From: Nitrospinota bacterium
Lineage (GTDB): Bacteria > UBA8248
DNA length: 30,540 bases
Assembly (NCBI GenBank): GCA_030754595.1
Contig: JASLZZ010000004.1
Coordinates: 1-30,540, forward strand
Direction: 5' to 3'
In this document: piece by piece, positions 1-8,312 of the stretch
How positions within the stretch are numbered: the stretch's first letter is position 1
Layout of the letters: the number at the start of each line of letters is the position of its first letter
The notes under the pieces: model-generated
Told to the model about the DNA's origin: nothing
Databases searched by the model: none
Seen by the model: the letters and a program-made list of their open reading frames with translations, nothing else
Made by a program: the position numbers and the translations under genes

Positions 1-102
1 AAAAAGGACGGCACCTGGAACGCCGGCATCGCCATTAAGGAATTCCCCGACGACAGGGACAAATTCCAGACCTTCCTCGAGGGAATTCACCAGAAAACCT
101 GA
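1..102 (+). CDS. 3' end of a gene entering the window; possibly a PilZ-like C-terminus
   Basis: Frame 1 is open from base 1 to TGA at 100-102 (KKDGTWNAGIAIKEFPDDRDKFQTFLEGIHQKT) with GC-rich third positions. The G-I-x-I..F..D..F pattern recalls PilZ C-termini, which is weak evidence. Confidence 0.45.
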   Translation, partial: KKDGTWNAGIAIKEFPDDRDKFQTFLEGIHQKT

Positions 103-409
103 CCCTTTCGATTTCCTCCAAACATCTCCGCTATATTCCGCGTGAAGTGATTCATCAAGGCCGGGGCCATGGAAACACAGCCAAAGGCAGTCCCTCCAGC
201 GTGGGCGGCGTCGGCATCCGCTCGGCCACCGGTGCAAGCGGATGGAGGGGAGACTCCTATTTCGCGGAATCCCGGCCCGACACTCTAGCCGGGAACGCGC
301 CAACGCACCCCACCGCCCCCCGTGTTCTCACTTCGAGAGCCGGAGATTTTTTTTGAACGGAGTTGGTGCAAGTTTTTTCTTACGGAAGAATCCTGCGGGT
401 GAATCTCGC

Positions 410-925
410 CTACGGATAAACCTTGAGGGTGGGATGGCGCCGCCAGCAATAGGCGCCCATCGCCGCCGCGGCCAGCAGGTTGCCGATGAGGATATCGGGT
501 ATCGCCAACGCCTCGAGCACCTCCTCGGCGAAGATGGGGCTCACGCAGATGAACCCGAACTCGAAGAGGACGAAGAGGAGCAGCACCCCGAAGCCGTAGT
601 TCGGGTCGCGCTCGGCCAGATTCAGGAGCCACGAGGTGGCCATCCCGATCACGACGAAAACCATCCCGTGGATCCAGGTGAACATCGCCACCGTCTCGAA
701 TGAGATCGGATGTGTGGAAAGCGAGGTGAGGCCGTCCCCGCCCTTGAAGAGCACGGTGCCCAGCAGGCTCGGGGTGAGAAGGGGACGGCCCTGAAACGAG
801 TCAACGATGAGGAACCACAGCGCGATCGTCAGCGCCCCCACGAGGCCGATCATCATCCCCTCGGTGTAGATCTCGATATCCGCTTTTAATAACCCAGGCG
901 CCCGCGTGCCTTGAAGCGCTGTCAT
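410..925 (-). CDS. Uncharacterised integral membrane protein (4-5 TM)
   Basis: 171-aa ORF with an AGAGGAG RBS before the ATG, several hydrophobic segments and the motif EGxxxGLVGAxxxALWFLxxDxxxGRPLxTP. Confidence 0.85.
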   Translation of the reverse strand: MTALQGTRAPGLLKADIEIYTEGMMIGLVGALTIALWFLIVDSFQGRPLLTPSLLGTVLFKGGDGLTSLSTHPISFETVAMFTWIHGMVFVVIGMATSWLLNLAERDPNYGFGVLLLFVLFEFGFICVSPIFAEEVLEALAIPDILIGNLLAAAAMGAYCWRRHPTLKVYP

Positions 926-1195
926 TGGCCCGGCTCCTCTTTAGACAAGGGAAGTGAAAGAGAGCGGCGGAGCCGAAATAACCGGAACGGCGCCGCTCCT
1001 CTCCCCTCTTGGAATGATTAACAACCCCGGGGGGCCGGATAATCCCTCTCCCGCCCCTCCCGGACGCAAGAATTTGGGTAGGGTCCGAAATTTGGCCGGG
1101 CGGACCCGTGTGCGAGGGGTTTGAACGGGAAGGCGGAAGGAGATCGGATGGGGGGAGTGGCCCTGGATTTTTTGAGAGGGAGGAAATTTTTTCGC

Positions 1196-1225
1196 TTGAC
1201 TTTCGCTAAACGGATCACGTATATA
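1196..1225 (+). promoter_or_regulatory. Candidate sigma70 promoter (distal, facing recA)
   Basis: TTGACT-N18-TATATA in an AT-rich part of the intergenic region. Confidence 0.45.
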
Positions 1226-1475
1226 TGCCGAAAGTCTTGGACGAACGAGAACCACTTATGTTTCTTTATACCATTGATATTTAACTTGTTATATTGTTTT
1301 CGCACTTCAGTTCCGGGCCGGTGGTTTTTGGCCCAAAGGATTTTCGCCCTGGAAGGCTTTCGGCTTGGGGGATTTTCGGCCGGATTCGGGGGGCCCACCC
1401 GCCGGGCGGCGAAAAAGAGGCCGGCCCGGAACCCCGGGAAAAATCGAGCCTCGCGGCGTTTGGACGCCGCGGGTG

Positions 1476-1510
1476 TTGCAGGCATGGAGCCAGATCACCT
1501 AGATTTGATC
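1476..1510 (+). promoter_or_regulatory. Candidate proximal recA promoter with an inverted repeat around the -10
   Basis: TTGCAG-N18-TAGATT; GATCA (1493-1497) and TGATC (1506-1510) flank the -10. Confidence 0.4.
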
Positions 1511-1559
1511 GTGAGCCCGCCCAGGACGAAGCGATCCACTCCAGCGAGGAGTTTTACCG

Positions 1560-2723
1560 ATGAGCCAGAAGAACGGGTCCCCCAAGACGCCGGACGCGAA
1601 AGACAAGGGGCGCAAGGACAAGGCGCTCGAATCGGCCTTTACGCAAATCAACCGCCAGTTCGGCAAGGGCTCGATCATGCGCCTGGGGGATGGGCCGATG
1701 GTCGAATCGATGCCGACGATTCCGACCGGATCGATCTCGCTCGACGCCGCGATCGGGATCGGCGGCGTCCCGCGCGGCCGCATCCTCGAGATTTTCGGGC
1801 CCGAGTCGTCGGGCAAGACCACCATCGCCCTTCATATCGTAGCCCAGGCGCAGAAAATGGGCGGGATGGCGGCGTTCATCGACGCCGAGCACGCTCTCGA
1901 CCCGGTATATGCCAAGGCGCTGGGCGTGGACACCGATAATCTCGTCGTCTCGCAGCCCGACACCGGCGAGCAGGCGCTCGAAATCTCCGAGATTCTCGCG
2001 AGCAGCGGATCGGTGGACGTCGTGGTGATCGATTCGGTGGCCGCCCTTGTCCCGAAGGCTGAGCTCGAGGGCGACATGGGGGATCACCACGTCGGCCTCC
2101 AGGCGCGGCTGATGAGCCAGGCCCTCCGCAAGCTTACCGGCGTCGTCCACCGCTCGAACATCTGTTTCATCTTCATCAACCAGATCCGCATGAAGATCGG
2201 CGTAATGTTCGGAAACCCCGAGACCACGAGCGGCGGCAACGCCCTCAAGTTCTATTCCTCGCTCCGCTTCGACATCCGCCGCATCGCCGCCATCAAGGAA
2301 GGCGATCAGAACGTGGGCAACCGCACGCGGGTGCGAATCGTCAAGAACAAGGTCGCCCCCCCGTTCCGCACCGCCGAGTTCGACATCATGTTCGGCCAGG
2401 GGATCTCGCGCGAGGGCGACGTCCTCGACTTGGCGGTCGAAAAGGAGATCGTCGATAAGTCGGGGGCCTGGTATTCCTTCAGCGAGGAGCGCATCGGACA
2501 GGGCCGGGAGAACGTCAAGCGCTTCCTGAAGGAGAATCCGGACATTTATGCCGAAATCGAGTCCCGCCTCAGGGCGGCCATCATGCCCGAGGGGGAGGCT
2601 TCGCCCGAAGACGCCGTGCCCGAGTGGGCGGCTGCGCCGGAAGATGCCGCGGCCGGGAAGGACGCTGCGCAGGCCGGAGCGGCGCCAACCGGCGGCGCCG
2701 AAAAGTCGGCCACCCCGCGTTAA
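1560..2723 (+). CDS. recA: Recombinase A
   Basis: Walker [30 protein letters not shown] and [19 protein letters not shown]. Confidence 0.99.
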   Translation: MSQKNGSPKTPDAKDKGRKDKALESAFTQINRQFGKGSIMRLGDGPMVESMPTIPTGSISLDAAIGIGGVPRGRILEIFGPESSGKTTIALHIVAQAQKMGGMAAFIDAEHALDPVYAKALGVDTDNLVVSQPDTGEQALEISEILASSGSVDVVVIDSVAALVPKAELEGDMGDHHVGLQARLMSQALRKLTGVVHRSNICFIFINQIRMKIGVMFGNPETTSGGNALKFYSSLRFDIRRIAAIKEGDQNVGNRTRVRIVKNKVAPPFRTAEFDIMFGQGISREGDVLDLAVEKEIVDKSGAWYSFSEERIGQGRENVKRFLKENPDIYAEIESRLRAAIMPEGEASPEDAVPEWAAAPEDAAAGKDAAQAGAAPTGGAEKSATPR

Positions 2724-2874
2724 CTGAAACTCCTTCCCGGGCATCCGCCCGGGGCGCGTCCGCTTGAGACGAACCCGCCCGGGACATGTCCGTCCGAAGC
2801 GAACCCGCGACGGATCTTTGCGCCGCGGATGGCACGGGCGGTACGTGCAGTACTGGTAGTAGAGGACCTCGCGC

Positions 2875-3510
2875 TTGAGTTTTTCGGACCATCCCCCGGA
2901 AAGTAGCCGTAAAAGAAAAAACCGGCGAAACGGTGACCACCGAAACGGGGCCCTCTCCACGCGCGAGCGGTTGGAGGCCTCCGCCCTCCGGATCGTCACC
3001 CTCCGCTCACACACCCGCGCCGAACTCCGCAAGAAACTTCGGGCCAAGAAATACCCGGGCGAGGATATCGACACCCTCCTGGACCGCTTCGAGCGAAACG
3101 GCTACATCGATGACGGGGCCGCCGCGCGAAGCTGGGTCCGCCGGCGCCTGCAGGCGCGGCCGATGGGCCGCCGGGCGATGGCGGCCGAGCTCAGGGGAAT
3201 CGGCGTATCCACGGAAATCGCCGAGGCCGCGCTGGCCGAGGGCTACGGTGAGGGGGGCGAGGCAGAATCCGCTCTCCGGGCGGCGGAGAAGCGATTGAGG
3301 GTGCTCGATGGAAAGGATAAGCTCCGGGATCGGCTGCTCCGGTTTCTCATGGGGCGCGGGTTCCCGGCCGGGGTCTGCATTCGGGCCGTGGAGGATGCCT
3401 TGGCCAGCGCCTGCGGCACGGGCTTGGAGGCCGGCGGCACGGGCGGGGAGACGGGCCGTGAAACCGATGATTTCTTGAACACCTCGGCCGATTTTGAGCC
3501 TTTTTCCTAG
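2875..3510 (+). CDS. recX: RecX regulatory protein
   Basis: Directly downstream of recA; motifs RSHTRAELRKKL, GYIDD and LRFLMGRGF. TTG start is uncertain. Confidence 0.93.
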   Translation: MSFSDHPPESSRKRKNRRNGDHRNGALSTRERLEASALRIVTLRSHTRAELRKKLRAKKYPGEDIDTLLDRFERNGYIDDGAAARSWVRRRLQARPMGRRAMAAELRGIGVSTEIAEAALAEGYGEGGEAESALRAAEKRLRVLDGKDKLRDRLLRFLMGRGFPAGVCIRAVEDALASACGTGLEAGGTGGETGRETDDFLNTSADFEPFS

Positions 3511-3526
3511 GCGGCGGCGGTCAGTC

Positions 3527-4045
3527 ATGGCGGAACTCAGGATTCTCACCTATCCCGATCCGATGCTGCGGAAGAAGTGCCGGCCCGTTGAAGAGATCGA
3601 CGGCCGGATCAAGCAGCTTGTCGCGGACATGGTGGAGGCGGTCCACGCCGCGCCCGGCGTCGGGCTCGCCGCCCCCCAGGTGGGCGAAGCTCTGCGGATC
3701 GTCGTGGTCGATCTCTCGATCGGCGAGGATCCGGACCAACTCCACGTCCTCGTGAACCCCGAGGTCGAGTCCCTCGAGGGGGAGGAGATCGAGGCCGACG
3801 AGGGTTGCCTGTCCCTCCCCGAGATTTTCGAGAAAATCACCAGGCCCGAGAGGGCGCGCGTGCGCGCGCTCAACATCGAGGGAAGGGAAATCCTCCTGGA
3901 CGCCCGGGGCCGCCTTGCCCGCGTCCTCCAGCACGAGATCGAGCACCTCGACGGCAAACTGCTCCTCGATCGACTGACCCGCGTCAAGCGGGAGCTGATC
4001 AAGCGCCGCCTGAAAAAACTGGCCAAGGCCGCTCCCGCCCTTTAG
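3527..4045 (+). CDS. def: Peptide deformylase
   Basis: Motifs GVGLAAPQVG, EGCLS and QHEIEHLDG; ATG at 3527; upstream of fmt. Confidence 0.97.
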   Translation: MAELRILTYPDPMLRKKCRPVEEIDGRIKQLVADMVEAVHAAPGVGLAAPQVGEALRIVVVDLSIGEDPDQLHVLVNPEVESLEGEEIEADEGCLSLPEIFEKITRPERARVRALNIEGREILLDARGRLARVLQHEIEHLDGKLLLDRLTRVKRELIKRRLKKLAKAAPAL

Positions 4046-4134
4046 TCCATTCCGGCTTGTTTCCCGTTTGACCCCGGAAGCGTCCCTGCGTATGAGAGGG
4101 GTGCTGTGCGCCTGTTATTTTTAGAGGTAATTCG

Positions 4135-5100
4135 ATGCGCGTGGTTTTCATGGGAACGCCGGAGTTTTCGCTGCCCTCGCTCGAGGCGCTTCTCTCCGCC
4201 GGGGTCGAGATTGCCGCGGTGTTTACCCAGCCGGATCGCCCGGCCGGGCGCGGGCGAAAGCTCACCCCCCCGCCGGTGAAGGTGCGCGCCCTCGAGCGCG
4301 GCCTCGAGGTCCGTCAGCCCGAGCGGGTGTGCGCCGCCGATATCGCCCCGCTCTCGCCCGATGCCGCCGTGGTGGTCGCCTACGGGCAGTATCTATCCGG
4401 GAAACTTCTGGGAGTTCCTCCCCTCGGCGGGGTGAACGTCCATCCCTCCCTGCTTCCCCGGTGGCGGGGGGCGGCTCCGATCCAGCGGGCGCTGCTCGCC
4501 GGCGACGAGGAGACCGGGGTCTGCACGATGCGGGTGGCGAAGGAGATGGACGCCGGCGCGATCCTGGGGGTCGCCGCCGTGGCGGTGGGGCCGAGGGAGA
4601 CCTCTGAGTTGCTTCACGACAGGCTTGCCGAGGAGGGCGGCCGCCTTCTCGTCCAGACCCTTGAACAACTCGAAAGAAACGAGGCCGATGAAAGGGAGCA
4701 GGACCCCACCCTCGTGACCTGGGCCGATAAGCTGACCAAAGAGGAAGCCCCGCTCGACTGGGGGGCTCCGGCTGCGGCGCTCGACCTCCGGGTGCGCGGG
4801 CTGCGCCCCTGGCCGGTGGCCGAGACGGCCTGGCTAGGCTCTGGAACCAAAGCTGGAGCTGGTCCAATGCGAATCTGGCGGGCCTACCCACTGGAATCCG
4901 AGGCGGGCGCCAGCGCCGGGCCCGGCGAAGTGCTTGGCGAGACCGATACGCCCGAGGGGCGCGGCCTCCGGGTCAGGACCGGTGAGGGGGATCTGGTTCT
5001 GTTCGAGGTGCAGCCCCCCGGCGGGAGGCGTATGGCGGCGGCGGACTATCTCAGGGGGCGCTCGCTCGCCGGCGGCGCTGTGCTGGGGGAGCGGGTTTGA
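4135..5100 (+). CDS. fmt: Methionyl-tRNA formyltransferase
   Basis: MRVVFMGTPEF, TQPDRPAGRG and NVHPSLLPRWRGAAP. Confidence 0.98.
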   Translation: MRVVFMGTPEFSLPSLEALLSAGVEIAAVFTQPDRPAGRGRKLTPPPVKVRALERGLEVRQPERVCAADIAPLSPDAAVVVAYGQYLSGKLLGVPPLGGVNVHPSLLPRWRGAAPIQRALLAGDEETGVCTMRVAKEMDAGAILGVAAVAVGPRETSELLHDRLAEEGGRLLVQTLEQLERNEADEREQDPTLVTWADKLTKEEAPLDWGAPAAALDLRVRGLRPWPVAETAWLGSGTKAGAGPMRIWRAYPLESEAGASAGPGEVLGETDTPEGRGLRVRTGEGDLVLFEVQPPGGRRMAAADYLRGRSLAGGAVLGERV

Positions 5101-6563
5101 GTCCACGGGGCGCGAAGCCAAAAAGAGGCGCTGCCTCAAAGCGCACCGCCCCAAAGCGCCACGCTTCTGGGCGCAAAAAAAATAAACGGCCGGCGTCGCC
5201 CGCCTCCCCGACCATGATCTCGATCCAATCGGGGGCGGACCCGGTCCGCGAGGCGGTCCACCGGGCGCTCATCGCCTTCAGCCGGCGGCCCTCGAACGCA
5301 GAAAATCTGATTGATCGTTTTTCGCCGCGCGATTTCGGGGCGAGGGACCGCGCGTTTTTCCGCGAACTCCTCTATGGTTCGCTTCGCTGGCGGGGCCGCC
5401 TGGACGCGGCCTACGAGCGTTTCCTGACCGAGCCGGCCGGGTGTCTCTCCGGCCCCGCGCGCGAGGCCCTTCGCCTCGGAGCCTACCAGATCATGTTCAT
5501 GGACCGGGTCCCCAACCACGGGGCGGTGAACACCTCGGTGCACCTGGCCGGGCAGGAGGGAGGACGCGGTGCGAAAGGGTTGGTTAACGCCGTTCTTCGC
5601 CGAGTGTCGAGGGAGCCGCTGGGGCCGCCGAAGAAGATCGAGGATCGCCTCACCGTCTGGGAGTCTCACCCCCGCTGGCTGGTCCGCCGCTGGCTCGCCG
5701 CTCTGGGGCCCAAGGCGGCGCGGGCGCGGTGCGAGGCGAACAACGCCGAGGGGCCGGTGGTCCTGCGGGCGAACCCCTGGATCTCGGACGCCGCCTCGCT
5801 GGCCCAAAAACTCGCTGCCGAGGGGGTGGAGACCGAGCCGGGCCGAGTCGATCCCGACAGTTTGTGGATTAAGCCCAAGGGAGGCGGGCAGCCCTCCTTC
5901 ACGAAGACCGCCTCCTTCGCCGGGGGCGCGTTCATCGTCCAGGACGAGTCGTCCAGCCTGGCCGCGCGTTTCGCCGGGACCGGGCCGGGCCACCTGGTGC
6001 TCGACGCCTGCGCCGCGCCGGGTGGGAAGGCGGCGGTGATGGGCTGGATGGCCGGAAAAAGGAGAGTGGTCACAGCCGCCGATAACTCCCGGGGCCGGCT
6101 CAGGCGGCTCAAAATCAACTGTGCTAGAATCGCTCTCCCGGTCCGGGTAGTCGCGATGGACGCGGGAAATCCCGCCTTCGGCGAGGCGTTCGACACCGTT
6201 CTCGTGGACGCGCCCTGCTCGGGGGTCGGCGTGCTCCGCCGCCACCCGGACGCCCGCTGGCGAATTCAGGAAAAAGACCTCGCCCGGCACCGGGCGTCGC
6301 AGTTAGAGATACTCGCGGGAGCGGCCCGGACCGTGCGTCTGGGCGGATGGCTCACCTATTCGGTCTGCACGAACGAGCCAGAGGAGACCGACGATGTGGC
6401 CCGGTCGATGGGCCGCGCGGGGTTTGTACGCGATTCGGGGGTGGCCGCTCTTCCCGCCGCTGCGCGCGCCTTCGCCGACGAGGATGGGGCGCTTCGCATC
6501 CTCCCGGAGAGCGGACTCGGGCTCGACGGGTTTTTCGCCGTCAGGTGGCGGCGCGAGGGGTGA
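5097..6563 (+). CDS. rsmB: 16S rRNA m5C967 methyltransferase RsmB/Sun
   Basis: NusB-like N-terminal domain (LRLGAYQIMFMDRVP, LVNAVLR), QDESS, DACAAPGGK, DAPCSGVG and YSVCT; follows fmt. Start uncertain because of a basic N-terminal extension. Confidence 0.95.
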   Translation: MSPRGAKPKRGAASKRTAPKRHASGRKKNKRPASPASPTMISIQSGADPVREAVHRALIAFSRRPSNAENLIDRFSPRDFGARDRAFFRELLYGSLRWRGRLDAAYERFLTEPAGCLSGPAREALRLGAYQIMFMDRVPNHGAVNTSVHLAGQEGGRGAKGLVNAVLRRVSREPLGPPKKIEDRLTVWESHPRWLVRRWLAALGPKAARARCEANNAEGPVVLRANPWISDAASLAQKLAAEGVETEPGRVDPDSLWIKPKGGGQPSFTKTASFAGGAFIVQDESSSLAARFAGTGPGHLVLDACAAPGGKAAVMGWMAGKRRVVTAADNSRGRLRRLKINCARIALPVRVVAMDAGNPAFGEAFDTVLVDAPCSGVGVLRRHPDARWRIQEKDLARHRASQLEILAGAARTVRLGGWLTYSVCTNEPEETDDVARSMGRAGFVRDSGVAALPAAARAFADEDGALRILPESGLGLDGFFAVRWRREG

Positions 6564-6565
6564 AC

Positions 6566-7504
6566 ATGGTCCGCACACTCTTCAGAGGGATCGTCTGGAC
6601 CATCTTTCTGGTGGCCCTGGGCGGGGTGGCCGGCCTCGGGGCGATCTATGTTTCGCGCGGGGGCGAGGGCGTGGCTCTGCCCCGGGTGGTGGGCCGGGAC
6701 ATCGTCCGAGGCCTTGAGATGCTCAGCGAGCGGGGGATTCCCCTCGAGGTGAGCGGCTGGGTCTTCAGCGACGAGGTGCCCCAGAACCACATCGTGAGCC
6801 AGCTGCCCGCCGGAGGCGGGCGGATTCGCAGGGGGAGAACCGTCTCGCTCGTCATCAGCCGGGGCGCGCGCGATGTAGCCGTACCGGCTGTCGTGGGCGA
6901 GGACCTGAGCCGCGCCGAAACGCTGGTGCGGCTGAGGGGCCTGCGCGTCGGCCCCGTCGAGCGGGCGTTCGACCCTGCAAGGCGCGTGGACGAGGTGCTC
7001 GGGGTATGGCCCCCCAAGGGCAAGAACGTCCGCCGGGGGGACCAGGTGGTCCTCCTCGTGAGCCAGGGGCCCAGGGAGCGGGCCTACGCGATGCCCGCGC
7101 TCATCGGCGAGGGGATCAACACCGCCCTTGACCGGGTGCGACAGGTCGGGCTGACGGTCGGGCGCGTGCGCTATGTGGATAGGGAGGGGACGAAGCGCGG
7201 CACCATCGTGGCCCAGATTCCGCAGGTGGGCCAGCGCGTCCTGGCGGGCCAGCGGGTGCATGCGGACGTGGCGCGCGGCTCCCAGGCGCTGGTGGGCAAT
7301 TTCAGCGTCTTGCGCTACCGGGTTCCGCCCGGCCGGCCCCGCCGCCGGCTCCGGGTCGAGCTCGATTCCGGGGGAGAGAAAAAGAACGCTCTTGACCGGG
7401 AGGTCCGTGCGGGCGAGGAGATTCATCTCATGATCTCCGTCAAGGGCAAAACCTGGGCGAGAATTTATCTCGACGACGAGCTCATCGAAGAACAAGACCA
7501 CTAG
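6566..7504 (+). CDS. Membrane-anchored PASTA-domain protein (3 PASTA repeats, no kinase domain)
   Basis: N-terminal TM helix, then repeats starting LPRVVG, VPAVVG and MPALIG, each followed by a (S/V/A)-(Q/W)-x-P-x-x-G segment and ending in V-x-x-G. Alternative start GTG at 6560. Confidence 0.9.
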   Translation: MVRTLFRGIVWTIFLVALGGVAGLGAIYVSRGGEGVALPRVVGRDIVRGLEMLSERGIPLEVSGWVFSDEVPQNHIVSQLPAGGGRIRRGRTVSLVISRGARDVAVPAVVGEDLSRAETLVRLRGLRVGPVERAFDPARRVDEVLGVWPPKGKNVRRGDQVVLLVSQGPRERAYAMPALIGEGINTALDRVRQVGLTVGRVRYVDREGTKRGTIVAQIPQVGQRVLAGQRVHADVARGSQALVGNFSVLRYRVPPGRPRRRLRVELDSGGEKKNALDREVRAGEEIHLMISVKGKTWARIYLDDELIEEQDH

Positions 7505-7515
7505 GAAATCCACAG

Positions 7516-8196
7516 ATGCCGAAACCGGATATGACTCGCGGCCCGATCCGCGTGGCGCCCTCCCTGCTCTCTTGCCGATTCGAGATCATGGCCGAGGAAA
7601 TCGCCGCCGTCGCCGAGGCGGGGGCCGACTGGCTCCACTTCGATGTCATGGACGGCCATTTCGTCCCCAACATCTCGGTCGGGCCCCTCGGGGTGGAGGC
7701 CGCGCGGCGGGCTTCGCCTGAGCTGGTCCTCGACGTGCACCTGATGATCTCAGAGCCCGACAAGTATCTGGAGGCCTTTGCCGGCGCGGGGGCGGATATC
7801 CTCACCGTCCACGTCGAGACCTCGCCCGACATCCGCCGCACACTCGGGCGAATTCGCGACCTCGGCGTTTGCGCCGGGGTGACCCTGAACCCCGGAACCC
7901 CGCTAGAGGCCGTCGAGACGGTTTTAGGGGAAGTGGACATGGCGCTGGTGATGAGCGTGAACCCCGGTTTTTCGGGCCAGAGCTTCATCCCCGCGTCGCT
8001 GGGGCGAATCCGCGCCCTGAGGGAGCGGATCGGCCGGGAGGGCCTCCCGGCCCTGCTCGAGGTGGACGGGGGGGTCAAACCCGGGAACGCGGCCGAGATC
8101 CGCGAGGCGGGGGCGGATATCCTGGCGGCAGGCTCCGCCGTCTACGGTGCGGGCGACTACGCCGAGGCCATCCGGGCCATTCGGGGCGGGGGCTGA
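7516..8196 (+). CDS. rpe: Ribulose-phosphate 3-epimerase
   Basis: APSLLS, HFDVMDGHFVPN, DVHLMI, VMSVNPGFSGQSF and EVDGG. Confidence 0.98.
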   Translation: MPKPDMTRGPIRVAPSLLSCRFEIMAEEIAAVAEAGADWLHFDVMDGHFVPNISVGPLGVEAARRASPELVLDVHLMISEPDKYLEAFAGAGADILTVHVETSPDIRRTLGRIRDLGVCAGVTLNPGTPLEAVETVLGEVDMALVMSVNPGFSGQSFIPASLGRIRALRERIGREGLPALLEVDGGVKPGNAAEIREAGADILAAGSAVYGAGDYAEAIRAIRGGG

Positions 8197-8204
8197 ATGG
8201 CCTG

Positions 8205-8233
8205 TTGAAATGGCCCCGGATTTCCCTTATAAG
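8205..8233 (+). promoter_or_regulatory. Candidate sigma70 promoter of the ffh operon
   Basis: TTGAAA-N17-TATAAG about 80 bp upstream of ffh. Confidence 0.55.
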
Positions 8234-8312
8234 AACATGTTTTTCCGGGCCTTACCGGTGGCCCCCCGGCCCCGGTCACCCTTTGCCGCCGGGGGGCGGA
8301 AGAGAGGGCTAA

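Noticed and set aside
151..246. SAM-I-like riboswitch (TTCATCAAG...GCATCC...GGTGC...GATGGA)
   Set aside because: Core nucleotides deviate (no AUCAAGAG, GCATCC rather than GCAACC), there is no kink-turn P2, and no gene follows on this strand.
2842..2861. TAC-N3-CAGTACTG-N3-GTA palindrome between recA and recX as an SOS box
   Set aside because: It matches no LexA motif I know and is not repeated at the recA promoter.
1121..3074. Long alternative ORFs 1121-1939 (+) and 1554-3074 (-), and similar shadow ORFs throughout the window
   Set aside because: They overlap clear housekeeping genes and have the low-complexity composition typical of off-frame reading in high-GC DNA.
4068..4096. TTGACC-N17-TATGAG internal promoter for fmt
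   Set aside because: The -10 lacks the conserved final T; plausible but too weak to call.
4832..4870. Short low-GC3 stretch in fmt (LGSGTKAGAGP) as an inserted element
   Set aside because: In frame, very short and without flanking repeats; most likely a variable loop.
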